A stretch of 64,000 nucleotides of DNA, from positions 2,733,641-2,797,640 of the forward strand of contig OY970234.1 in assembly GCA_963714125.1 (NCBI GenBank), given 5' to 3'. The translations under genes were made by a program, and so were the position numbers. This document shows, piece by piece, positions 55,592 to 64,000 of this stretch. This DNA is from an uncultured Acidimicrobiaceae bacterium. Lineage in GTDB: Bacteria; Actinomycetota; Acidimicrobiia; Acidimicrobiales; UBA8190. Under the pieces are notes generated by a model. It made no database searches and had not been told where the DNA came from. It saw nothing but the letters and a program-made list of their open reading frames with translations. Within the stretch, counting starts at the first letter, position 1; every line of letters starts with the position of its first letter.

Positions 55592-56407
55592 TCAGTGAGG
55601 CCGGGCCCGCATGGCCTTTTGGTACGAAAGGGGGGCCAGGCTGCGACTTATGGGGGCCAGCACCGGCAACATGGCCGCATTGATCTCCATGCGGGGCCCG
55701 CCCATGCGGGCAAGCACCAGGGCGGCCACCTCTTCCTCGCTCCGGCGCACTGCCTTGGGCGGGAGCTTGCCCCCGTCGTCGATGCCCGACAGCCCCATGG
55801 CCGTCGGCACCCAGGCGGGGTACAGGATGTGGATGTGGACGCCACGACCGGCAACTTCGTGCGCCACGCTCTCGGTGAAGGCCGACACGGCTGCTTTGGA
55901 AGCGGCGTAGGCGCCGTGGCGAGGCTCGGGAGCACGGGCCGAGTCTGACGAGACGTTGACCACGATGCCGGACCCTCGCTCCAGCATGGCGGGGAGAACG
56001 GCGAGCGTGCCCGTGACCACGCCGAAGACGTTGACGTCGAAGATGTGCCGGAATCCGTCGGAGAGCCCGTCTTCCACGGGAGTGAGCTGCTCGGTTCCGG
56101 CGTTATTGACGAGGACGTCAATGCGCCCGTGCTCGGCGGCGATATCGCTCAGGACCCCTCGAAACGCATCAGCGTCGCCGACATCGCACACCCGGGTGGA
56201 GCTCGCCGCCGCCGATTCCCTGAGCTGGTCCTGGAGCACGGCCAAGAGGTCGCCACGCCGGGCCAGTCCCACCACGACGGCGCCCCGTTGAGCCAGATCC
56301 ACCGCCAGTCGCCGGCCGATTCCCGATGACGCGCCGGTCACGACGGCAATCGTGTCGTCATAGCGCTTAGGGGGCGTGCGGGGGCGTCGTCTCACGGCGG
56401 GGAGCAT
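55592..56407 (-). CDS. SDR-family oxidoreductase
   Basis: Start at ATG 56407. VVTGASSGIGRR (TGxxxGIG), NNAG, and YAASKAAV (YxxxK). Confidence 0.85.
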   Translation of the reverse strand: MLPAVRRRPRTPPKRYDDTIAVVTGASSGIGRRLAVDLAQRGAVVVGLARRGDLLAVLQDQLRESAAASSTRVCDVGDADAFRGVLSDIAAEHGRIDVLVNNAGTEQLTPVEDGLSDGFRHIFDVNVFGVVTGTLAVLPAMLERGSGIVVNVSSDSARAPEPRHGAYAASKAAVSAFTESVAHEVAGRGVHIHILYPAWVPTAMGLSGIDDGGKLPPKAVRRSEEEVAALVLARMGGPRMEINAAMLPVLAPISRSLAPLSYQKAMRARPH

Positions 56408-56468
56408 ACGTCGAGGCCCGTTGCCGCCGTGGTTCGGAGCCCCGCCCACGGCGTGGTCCAATGGTCGG

Positions 56469-58067
56469 GTGATCACGGGTCAGGACATCAGTCTCGAAAT
56501 CGGCAACCGGACCCTCGTCCGTGACGGGTCGTTCCTCATCGCCAACGCCGACAAGGTCGGCCTGGTGGGCCGAAACGGGACGGGGAAGTCCTCGCTGATC
56601 GCGTACATCCTCGGCCAGACCCCGTCCCACGTGCGCATGTCGGGGGAGGTCAGGATCGAGGGCACCATCGGCTACCTGCCCCAGGTTCCTGTGCCCGGGG
56701 GCCTGGGGATCGATGCCAGCGCCCTGTCGCATGTGCTCTCGGCTCGGGGTCTCGACGACCTTGACGACCGGTTGCACAAGGCCCAGGCGGCCATGGCCAA
56801 AGACCCCACCGACGAGCACATCCATGAGTACACCGACCTCGAGGAGCGTTATCGCCACGCCGGCGGCTACGAAATGGAGGGGAAGATCGCTCGCCTCGCC
56901 GATGGCCTCGGGCTCCCCCAAAGCCTGCTCCTCGAAGACGTCTCGTCGCTGTCGGGAGGCCAACGCCGGCGCGTCGACCTGATGCGAGTGCTGTTCCAGG
57001 TGCCCGACACCATGGTCCTCGACGAGCCCACCAACCACCTTGACCTGGCGGCCAAGCGCTGGCTGATCGACGAGTTGCGTTCCTTGCCGGGCAGCTTCTT
57101 GGTGGTCAGCCACGACCTGCGTCTCCTCGATGAAGCCATCACCAAGGTCCTCTACCTGAACGAGGCCCGGCTGTCGCAGTTCAAAGGCACGTACACGAGC
57201 TTCCGCTCCCAGCTCCAGACCGACATCTCCCAACGGGAGAAGGCCTCGTCCATGGAGGAAGCCCAGATCCAAAAGATGCGCGGCTTGGCCGACAAATGGC
57301 GCCACAGCACCGAGGCCCAGGCTCGCAAGGCGAAGGTCCTCGACCGCAAAGTGGTCAAGATGCAAGGCCGGCGCACCGAGGTCATCAAGCGTGACCGCAA
57401 GGTCAGCTTTCGCTTACCCGACCCCCTGCGTTCGGGGGCGGTTCCTCTGGCCGTGCATCACATCGGGGTCCGCTACGACCGGCATCAGGTTCTCTCCGAC
57501 ATCGACTTCACCGTGGAGCGCGGTGAGCGCATCGTGGTCGTGGGGCGCAACGGCGCCGGCAAGTCCTCGTTGTTGCGCTGCCTGGCCGGCGTGCAAGAAC
57601 CCTCGGCTGGAACGGTGGAGATCGGCTACCAGGCCGCCGTCGGCTACTTCGCCCAGGAACACGAGCAGATCGACCCCGCCGTAAGCGTGCTGGACAACAT
57701 CGACGATGCGGTGCTCATCAAAGAAGCCGACCGGCGCAAGCTGCTGGGTTCCTTTGGGCTGAGCGGAGGGACAGCCGCGCAACTTCCGGGATCCCTGTCC
57801 GGTGGGGAGCGGGCCCGCCTCAGCCTGGCCATGCTGGCCGCCGGCCAAGCCAACCTCCTCGTCCTCGACGAGCCGACCAACAACCTCGACCCGGCCTCGG
57901 TGGAGGCCGTGGGAGCGATGCTGGCGGCATGGTCAGGCACCATCGTCGCCGTGAGCCACGACCGCCCCTTCGTCGAAGCGCTGGCGCCCACCCACGCGTT
58001 GCACCTTCCCAGTGAGCGCTACTCGTTTTGGCGTGAGGAATACCTCGACGACGTCGAGATGCGCTGA
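56469..58067 (+). CDS. ABC-F family ATPase (two ABC domains, no TM domain)
   Basis: GTG 56469. Walker A GLVGRNGTGKSS and VVVGRNGAGKSS. Signatures LSGGQRRR and LSGGERAR. The interdomain linker is rich in Lys/Arg/Gln. Confidence 0.85.
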   Translation: MITGQDISLEIGNRTLVRDGSFLIANADKVGLVGRNGTGKSSLIAYILGQTPSHVRMSGEVRIEGTIGYLPQVPVPGGLGIDASALSHVLSARGLDDLDDRLHKAQAAMAKDPTDEHIHEYTDLEERYRHAGGYEMEGKIARLADGLGLPQSLLLEDVSSLSGGQRRRVDLMRVLFQVPDTMVLDEPTNHLDLAAKRWLIDELRSLPGSFLVVSHDLRLLDEAITKVLYLNEARLSQFKGTYTSFRSQLQTDISQREKASSMEEAQIQKMRGLADKWRHSTEAQARKAKVLDRKVVKMQGRRTEVIKRDRKVSFRLPDPLRSGAVPLAVHHIGVRYDRHQVLSDIDFTVERGERIVVVGRNGAGKSSLLRCLAGVQEPSAGTVEIGYQAAVGYFAQEHEQIDPAVSVLDNIDDAVLIKEADRRKLLGSFGLSGGTAAQLPGSLSGGERARLSLAMLAAGQANLLVLDEPTNNLDPASVEAVGAMLAAWSGTIVAVSHDRPFVEALAPTHALHLPSERYSFWREEYLDDVEMR

Positions 58068-58097
58068 GCGCCACGCTCGACGTCCGCATCGTCAACG

Positions 58098-60209
58098 TCA
58101 ACCCGGTGCCGCGCTCCCCTGCAGTTCGACGGTGACGCCTTTGGTGCCCGGAGCCAAGGTCACCGTCCCGGTTGCTTCGTCGATCGTCCCCACCGACGTG
58201 GTGGCTATGGCGTTCACGAACGATGGCAGCTCGAAGAGGACGGGGCCTGGAGGCAGCTGGCCACTCAACGCCAGGGTGACCGAGTGTCCGCTCGAGGTGA
58301 TACGCACGCTGAGGCGGCGGCCGTCGGTGGACGGGAAGTTGGTCACCGCCACAGACGAGCCACCGACCACCCACGACGACGGCACGCCCCGTCCGACAAT
58401 CAGCGCGCCGTCCGATGATTGGGCCACCAAGGAGTCCAACAAGACCTTGTTCGCTTGAGAGATTCCCCACGCATGGGGCGAAGCACCCTGTCCCGCGGTG
58501 GGGTGCTCCCCCACCCACGGCGTACTTGCCGATGGCGCCGAGGAACTCTCCCACCATGAGTACGGTCCGCTTTGGGGGTTTTTGATCATGAACTCGTAGC
58601 TGAGGATGCCCTGATCCCGGTAGTCATTGCCGGCCAGCGCGGCATTCGCATCTCCGGCGTTGTATCCGCTCGAGTAGTAGTCGCCGGGGAAACCGCCAAA
58701 GGAGTCGGCCGGAAGGATGCCTTGCAGCCGCCCAAAGCCGTAGGCGTAGGTGGCATCCACCAACGAGATGCCCGGACCACTTTGTGCCGCCCCCAACAGC
58801 GAACCATCCCAGGCCCACCGGGCGAACGGTGACGTCCAGTTGGCATCCTCGGGATTGGCGCACCGATCAGCCGTATTGGGCTCGAGCATGGAACACGGCA
58901 AATAGTCCAAGGCGTAATGACTGATGGTGGCACCCAGGGTCTCGTTGGTCGCCGCCAACAGGCTGCTGTACTGCTGCGTGGCCCAGGTGACCTCGGAATC
59001 GTCGCCGATGGTCTTGGCGATGTAGATGTACGCGGCCAGACCCAGCAGTGCTTCGTAATCGTCGGTGGTCCAGTAGCCGTTGGTGTCGATGTCGTCGGTT
59101 GACTCCATGATCCCTGACGGTCCGGTCCGATCGGCGGCGATGTCGTGGGCGGCCTCTTCGATGCTCGGTTGCGAGGACGAGCCCATGGGCCCCGGCGTAC
59201 TGAAGTTTTGCTTGACGAATGCCACGTCCCCGGTCTTCATCAAGTAGACGGCCCACGGCCAGGGGTACGTCCACACGCCGTCGACATATTGCAGCGGGGC
59301 CGTCACCACGTTGCGTGCCTCGAGGAGCAAGGCATGCGCATCGGTGAAGTACCCCTGGGTGAACAGATTGACGAGAATTCCCACCACGTCGTGGCTGTAC
59401 TCGTATTGGTATCCGTTGACCCCGGAGTGCAGCTCGTCGCCGCTGCGGGCGATCTGGGTGTAGATGAAGCCGCTGCGATAGGCGTTGTCGAGCGAAACAT
59501 CGGGCACGTTGATGGCGGCGACTGCGGCCAGCTGATGGTTCCAGAACGCACGCATGTGCGCGAAGTGCTCATTGAACCCCCCCGCGCCCGCCAGCGCCGT
59601 GGCGCTGGGCCACGGGTAATCGTTGCCGAAACGGTCCGCGGCCACCACGTAGTCGTGGTCTACGGACCGGTGTGCTTTGACGGCGTTGGGTGCGTCATTG
59701 AGCGGGATCAGCGCCCCGGAGGCATCCGGATTCGCCACCACGACGTGATCGGTGGTGTTGTCCACTGCCACGCGGGAGTAGACCGCCACGTAGTCGTTCC
59801 CGCCCACAACGATCTTGTCGGCGAACTCGGTGATGGAAACGACGGCCCCGGAGTCATGAAACGTCGTGATCTGGGCGGGGAGATAGCCCTGCGCGTCGGT
59901 CCATGTCGTCTGCGTGCCGTTGTAGATGCCGAAGCCGTAGTTCCTGTCGATGCCGTTTTGGACATAGAAGGTCCCGCCCAAACAGGTCACCACACCCTGG
60001 AAATTCCCTTCCCAACCGATCGCCGACGCCGTGGCGTAGGCCCCGGTAAAGGCTTGGGTACTCGTGTTGTAGGTGCAGTCGTACTCCTTGGCCGGACCGC
60101 CGCCATTGGGGCGGGGAACTGCGCTCGGACTCCCCCCGCAGGCGGCCAGCAGGGTGGCGATCCCAAGCAAGCTCAGCGTCACGCCGCCGGCCTTGTGCCA
60201 TGAACGCAT
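58098..60209 (-). CDS. Lipoprotein, possibly (alpha/alpha)6-barrel glycoside-hydrolase-like
   Basis: Lipobox LLAACGG after MRSWHKAGGVTLSLLGIATL. 703 aa. The fold suggestion comes only from the Trp/Tyr-rich helical-looking middle region and is weak. Confidence 0.7.
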   Translation of the reverse strand: MRSWHKAGGVTLSLLGIATLLAACGGSPSAVPRPNGGGPAKEYDCTYNTSTQAFTGAYATASAIGWEGNFQGVVTCLGGTFYVQNGIDRNYGFGIYNGTQTTWTDAQGYLPAQITTFHDSGAVVSITEFADKIVVGGNDYVAVYSRVAVDNTTDHVVVANPDASGALIPLNDAPNAVKAHRSVDHDYVVAADRFGNDYPWPSATALAGAGGFNEHFAHMRAFWNHQLAAVAAINVPDVSLDNAYRSGFIYTQIARSGDELHSGVNGYQYEYSHDVVGILVNLFTQGYFTDAHALLLEARNVVTAPLQYVDGVWTYPWPWAVYLMKTGDVAFVKQNFSTPGPMGSSSQPSIEEAAHDIAADRTGPSGIMESTDDIDTNGYWTTDDYEALLGLAAYIYIAKTIGDDSEVTWATQQYSSLLAATNETLGATISHYALDYLPCSMLEPNTADRCANPEDANWTSPFARWAWDGSLLGAAQSGPGISLVDATYAYGFGRLQGILPADSFGGFPGDYYSSGYNAGDANAALAGNDYRDQGILSYEFMIKNPQSGPYSWWESSSAPSASTPWVGEHPTAGQGASPHAWGISQANKVLLDSLVAQSSDGALIVGRGVPSSWVVGGSSVAVTNFPSTDGRRLSVRITSSGHSVTLALSGQLPPGPVLFELPSFVNAIATTSVGTIDEATGTVTLAPGTKGVTVELQGSAAPG

Positions 60210-60265
60210 CGGGATGATTCTGGCAGCTCACCCCCGCGCCGTGGCGGTGTGTGCGAAGAGTCGCC

Positions 60266-61084
60266 CTACGACGGCAGGACGAAACGGCGCACGGCGCTGG
60301 CGAAGCCCTCGGCGTCGTTAGTGCCCGTCGTCCGACCAGCCGCTCGCTGCACCTCAGGATCGGCATTGCCCATGGCGATGCTCAAGCCGGAGTGGGTGAA
60401 CATCAAGATGTCGTTGGGCATGTCCCCGATGGTGGCGATCTCGTCGGTGCTGATCCCGTAGCGCTGAGCCAGGTACGTGGCCACCGAGCCCTTGTTGGCG
60501 TCGGGATGGGTCACATCGAGGTAGTAGGGCTGCGAGGCGGCCGCTGTGACGTGGTCGCCGAATTGCTCGTGTGCGGCCGCTGCTGCCTTGGCCACCGCGT
60601 CGTGGTCGTCGCTGACCCCCACGAGCTTGGCCACACCGTCGGTCAGCCCATCGAGGCTCGTCATGACCTTGGGTGAGAACTTGACGGTCCAGGCTTCGCG
60701 ATCCACATGCGGGCCGCTTGGGTCCGGCACATACCAATCAGCACCCCGGTAGATCCACACCGTCAGGTGAAACGAAGCCATCAGGGCGGCGATGGGACGG
60801 ACCAGGTCCTCGGGCACCACCTTCTGATCGAGGATGTGCATGTCCCGGTCGACGATCACTCCCCCGTTGAACCCGGCGATAGGCGTCTGAAGGTCGAGCG
60901 GCTCGAAAAGCATGGCCATGCCCTGAGGGGGGCGCCCACTCGTGATGGCGAACAGGATGTTGGCTTGGCGCAAGCGATGCACGGCGTCAATGGCGTCGTC
61001 GGTCAATATCTTCTCCGAAGTCACCAAAGTGCCGTCGACATCAGCGAGCATCAGGCGGATGGGTAACTCCGTGTTCTGCGCCAT
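60266..61084 (-). CDS. Cof-type HAD-IIB family phosphatase
   Basis: Start at ATG 61084 (MAQNTELPIRLMLADVDGTLV..). The DxDGT motif and the GDMPNDILMF motif. The 464-aa track ORF adds an unrelated leader overlapping zwf. Confidence 0.85.
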   Translation of the reverse strand: MAQNTELPIRLMLADVDGTLVTSEKILTDDAIDAVHRLRQANILFAITSGRPPQGMAMLFEPLDLQTPIAGFNGGVIVDRDMHILDQKVVPEDLVRPIAALMASFHLTVWIYRGADWYVPDPSGPHVDREAWTVKFSPKVMTSLDGLTDGVAKLVGVSDDHDAVAKAAAAAHEQFGDHVTAAASQPYYLDVTHPDANKGSVATYLAQRYGISTDEIATIGDMPNDILMFTHSGLSIAMGNADPEVQRAAGRTTGTNDAEGFASAVRRFVLPS

Positions 61085-61085
61085 C

Positions 61086-62555
61086 TCAATCCCTGTCGGG
61101 GAGGTGCCAGCGATGCGGCGCCGTGACGCGCCCGATCGAGGCCGGTCCCCACGATCCCGGCGCATAGGGCTCGATGGCAGTGGGCCGCTCCAACAATGGT
61201 GCCGACACCTCCCACAGTCGCTCCACGGCCGCCGCGCTGGTGAACAAGGACTGGTCGCCCAACATCGCATCGTGCAGGAGGCGTTCGTAGCCTTCGAGAT
61301 CGTGGGCCACATTGAAGGAGTCCTGGTAACGAAACACCATCTTGGCCTGTCCCAACTGCATATCCGGGCCGGGTTCTTTGGCCAAGAAGCTGGCCGAGAT
61401 GGATCCCGGATCACTGAAATCGATGGTGATCTCGTTGTGCCGAGCCATCGACGTCGAGCGGGCGTGCACGGGGAACATCCGCAGCGTCGTCTCGCGAAAG
61501 CCAATGGTGATCGTCTGGCGACCCGCCGCCAGGGCCTTGCCCGTGCGCAAACAGAACGGGACGCCGGCCCACCGCCAGTTCTCCACCTCGGCCCGCAGGG
61601 CCACGAACGTCTCGGTGGTGGAATCGGGGGCCACCCCGGGTTCGGCCAGGTATCCGTCATATTGGCCGCGCACCACGTGGGTCAGGTCCACCGGCCGCAT
61701 GGCGTCGAAGACCTTCTCCTTCTCATCTCGAAGGGACTTGGCCGACAACGTGGTCGGAGGCTCCATGGCCACGAAACCGAGGACCTGGAACAGATGCGTC
61801 ACCACCATGTCTCGAAAAGCGCCCGTGCCGTCATAGAACGACCCCCGCCCTTCGATGGAGAGGGTCTCGGGCACGTCGATCTGGACATATTCGATGTGCT
61901 CGCGGTTCCAAATCGGTTCGAACAGGCCGTTGGCGAAGCGGAAGGCCAAGATGTTGTCCACCGACTCTTTCCCCAAGAAGTGGTCGATGCGAAAGATGTG
62001 GGACTCGTCGAACTCGGTGTGGATGGACGCGTCCAGAGCCCGAGCCGACGCCAGGTCGGTGCCGAAGGGCTTCTCGACGATGACCTTGGCCCCTGCCGAT
62101 AACCCTGACGCGCCGAGGGCGGTGATCACCGACTCGAAGGCCACTGGCGGTATGGCCAGATGGAACATCCGCTGGGGCTGGCCCCCGATGGCCTTTTCGG
62201 CGCTGTGCACCGCCTCCACCAGCTTCGAGGGGTCGCCGGGATCGGCCGGAGCGAAGAGCAATAGTTCCTCAAAAGCACTCCACGCCTTGGCTGTGGGCTT
62301 GGTGGAGGCGAACGTGGTCACGGCATCGTGGGCGTGCTTTTTGAAGCCCTCTTGCGAAGGAGCGCCGGCGATCGGGGCGGTTCCCACGATGCGAAATCCC
62401 TCGGGCAGAAGACCGGCTCGAGCCATGTGGAACAGGCCGGGCAGCAGCTTGCGCTTGGCCAGGTCCCCGGTGGCGCCGAAGAGGACGAGCACGTGGTTGG
62501 GGGGCACCCGGCTGGGCCGGCGCGCCGCCGGGCGCGGTGGCGAATTCGAGCTCAT
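61086..62555 (-). CDS. zwf: Glucose-6-phosphate dehydrogenase (paralog 2)
   Basis: Start at ATG 62555 (MSSNSPPRPAARR..). [19 protein letters not shown] and RIDHFLGKE. Its stop is 1 nt from the HAD gene start. Confidence 0.9.
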   Translation of the reverse strand: MSSNSPPRPAARRPSRVPPNHVLVLFGATGDLAKRKLLPGLFHMARAGLLPEGFRIVGTAPIAGAPSQEGFKKHAHDAVTTFASTKPTAKAWSAFEELLLFAPADPGDPSKLVEAVHSAEKAIGGQPQRMFHLAIPPVAFESVITALGASGLSAGAKVIVEKPFGTDLASARALDASIHTEFDESHIFRIDHFLGKESVDNILAFRFANGLFEPIWNREHIEYVQIDVPETLSIEGRGSFYDGTGAFRDMVVTHLFQVLGFVAMEPPTTLSAKSLRDEKEKVFDAMRPVDLTHVVRGQYDGYLAEPGVAPDSTTETFVALRAEVENWRWAGVPFCLRTGKALAAGRQTITIGFRETTLRMFPVHARSTSMARHNEITIDFSDPGSISASFLAKEPGPDMQLGQAKMVFRYQDSFNVAHDLEGYERLLHDAMLGDQSLFTSAAAVERLWEVSAPLLERPTAIEPYAPGSWGPASIGRVTAPHRWHLPDRD

Positions 62556-62638
62556 GGTGTCCTCACTTTGGGTATCGTCGCAACGTCGGCGGGACTGCGG
62601 TTGCGCGTCCTGGACGCGCCGACCCATTGTGGGGCGGC

Positions 62639-63287
62639 ATGGACCCCCACATGGAAGCAGAGATGCGGCTCGCCGCGCAGGCGGCGGCTGAGTTGGTCGA
62701 AGACGGCATGACCGTGGGGCTGGGCACGGGGAGAACAGTCACGTTCTTCTTGTCGGCCTTGGCCGCTCGGGCCCTATCGGTGCGCTGTGTGGCCACGTCT
62801 GCGCGCACCGAGCAGGCCGCCACCGCGCTGGGCCTGGCCGTGGAGCCGTTCACGGTGGACCACTTGGACATCACCATCGACGGGGCCGACCAGATCAGCC
62901 CCGACGGGTGGTTGGTCAAAGGTGGAGGAGCGGCCCACACGCGAGAAGCTCGTGGCCGTCACCGCCGATCGATTCGTGGTGATCGCCGATTCCACCAAGC
63001 CGGTCCTCGCCCTGCACTCCCCCATCCCCCTGGAGCTCCTGGCCTTCGGGCTGGCTTCGACCATGGCTCGACTCGGCACTGTCGAGCGGCGCGACGTTCC
63101 TCTCAGTCCCGATGGGGGCGTCATCGCCGATTTCACCGGTGACGTGTGGTCCCCGGCGGCCCTGGCCGCCAGGCTGGAGGCAACCCCAGGCGTGATCGAG
63201 CATGGCTTGTTCCCACCGGAAATGGTCTCGACCATCTTCGTCGGACGCGATGGGTCGGTGGACAAGACAGAACTGCCCCATCGCTGA
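62639..63287 (+). pseudogene. rpiA: Ribose-5-phosphate isomerase A interrupted by a frameshift near 62934-62946 (true pseudogene or sequence error)
   Basis: The N-terminal ~99 codons are in one frame (..VGLGTGRTV.., ..ITIDGADQISPDGWLVKGGGAA..). The remaining ~116 codons are in another frame (TREKLVAVTADRFVVIADSTK.. to the stop at 63285-63287). Joined, the length matches RpiA. Confidence 0.65.
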
Positions 63288-63328
63288 CGCCGTTTCCTCA
63301 CCGTGACATCGTGATCGTCAGCGTCATT

Positions 63329-63985
63329 TCATGCCGCGCTGGCGTCGGCGAGGACGGTGGAGTGACGGGCCTCGACTCGGCCCGCGGGAATCGATGTGTC
63401 CCCTGCCAGCAGTTTGGCCAAGGGGTCACGCTTGTCCTCGCCGCTTATGAGCCAAAGAACCTCATTGGCGCGCGCCAAGGCCGGGTAGGTCAGGGTCATG
63501 CGCTGGAGCCCCTGGTACGGCTGGGTTACGGCCACCAGCCGGTCGGTGACCTCGAGAACCGGATCCCCCGGCACCAATGAGGCGGTGTGCCCGTCGGGGC
63601 CCAATCCGAGATGCACCAAATCGAAACGAGGCGGGAGCAACGCACCGTACGCGTTCGCACCCGCATCGAGGTCGGCATCATTGACCGCCATAGCCGTCAC
63701 TTTGGCCGGAGCCTGGCCCAAGCTCTGTCGGAGGTGGGTGAGATTGCGATCCGGGTCGCCGTCGGGGGCGACGCGCTCGTCGACCTGAAAGATCTCAACC
63801 TGCGCCCACGGGACATCTTCGTCAGCCAGCTCCGCGAACATGGTCCACGGCGTCTTACCCCCGCTGACGGCAAAAGTGAAACGCCCCCGAGCCGCCGCCG
63901 CCGTACGAGCCGCCGACGCTACGAATCTGGCCGCCTCGGCGCCCAAGGCCGACGCGTCGGGAAGGACGACGAGCTCGTGATGCAC
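63329..63985 (-). CDS. pgl: 6-phosphogluconolactonase
   Basis: GTG start. ..FTFAVSGGKTP.. and ..HLGLGPDGHTASLVPG... 218 aa. An upstream minus-strand gene appears to end at 63988-63990; it is too short in this window to call. Confidence 0.85.
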   Translation of the reverse strand: MHHELVVLPDASALGAEAARFVASAARTAAAARGRFTFAVSGGKTPWTMFAELADEDVPWAQVEIFQVDERVAPDGDPDRNLTHLRQSLGQAPAKVTAMAVNDADLDAGANAYGALLPPRFDLVHLGLGPDGHTASLVPGDPVLEVTDRLVAVTQPYQGLQRMTLTYPALARANEVLWLISGEDKRDPLAKLLAGDTSIPAGRVEARHSTVLADASAA

Positions 63986-64000
63986 CGCTAGCTCGTCTTT

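Noticed and set aside
61085-61660. N-terminal extension of the HAD phosphatase ORF (464-aa version)
   Set aside because: The extension overlaps the 3' part of zwf in another frame. HAD similarity begins at ATG 61084.

Overview
High-GC, densely coding chromosomal window of about 55 protein genes on both strands. The gene content looks like Actinomycetota: MMPL transporters, an Stf0 sulfotransferase, an LAxTG sorting signal, a GT39 glycosyltransferase, and many TetR/MarR regulators. This taxon call is an inference. I recognised no rRNA, tRNA, CRISPR array, IS element, integrase or obvious defence or toxin-antitoxin module. All family calls rest on motifs read from the translated ORFs, not on database searches. 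Housekeeping and metabolic content: two glucose-6-phosphate dehydrogenase paralogs; a small pentose-phosphate cluster (zwf, Cof-type HAD phosphatase, a frameshifted rpiA, pgl); a probable CoA-dependent catabolic island (alpha/beta hydrolase, thiolase, HIBADH-like dehydrogenase, amidohydrolase, family III CoA-transferase, acyl-CoA synthetase, divergent KARI-like protein); glutamate decarboxylase with D-aminoacylase; GGT; NfeD/SPFH; a P450 translationally coupled to an APH-like kinase; and several regulator-plus-exporter modules (TetR-MMPL, MarR-MFS, MFS-TetR, a second MMPL). The most unusual content is a concentration of unassigned secreted or surface proteins. (i) An orphan three-gene prepilin-type operon ends in a 529-aa PilX/GspK-like protein. 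(ii) An 1149-aa LAFTG-anchored protein is built from four ~190-220-aa cysteine-bracketed modules. (iii) An 809-aa secreted protein has seven C-x6-C repeats plus one copy of what looks like the same ~140-aa module. (iv) A PMP-like beta-helix protein. (v) An A/T-richer six-Cys secreted protein. (vi) A 703-aa lipoprotein. None of these can be tied to a defined system from sequence alone, so they are ranked as hypotheses. Many long ORFs in the supplied track are antisense shadows typical of high-GC DNA and were rejected.
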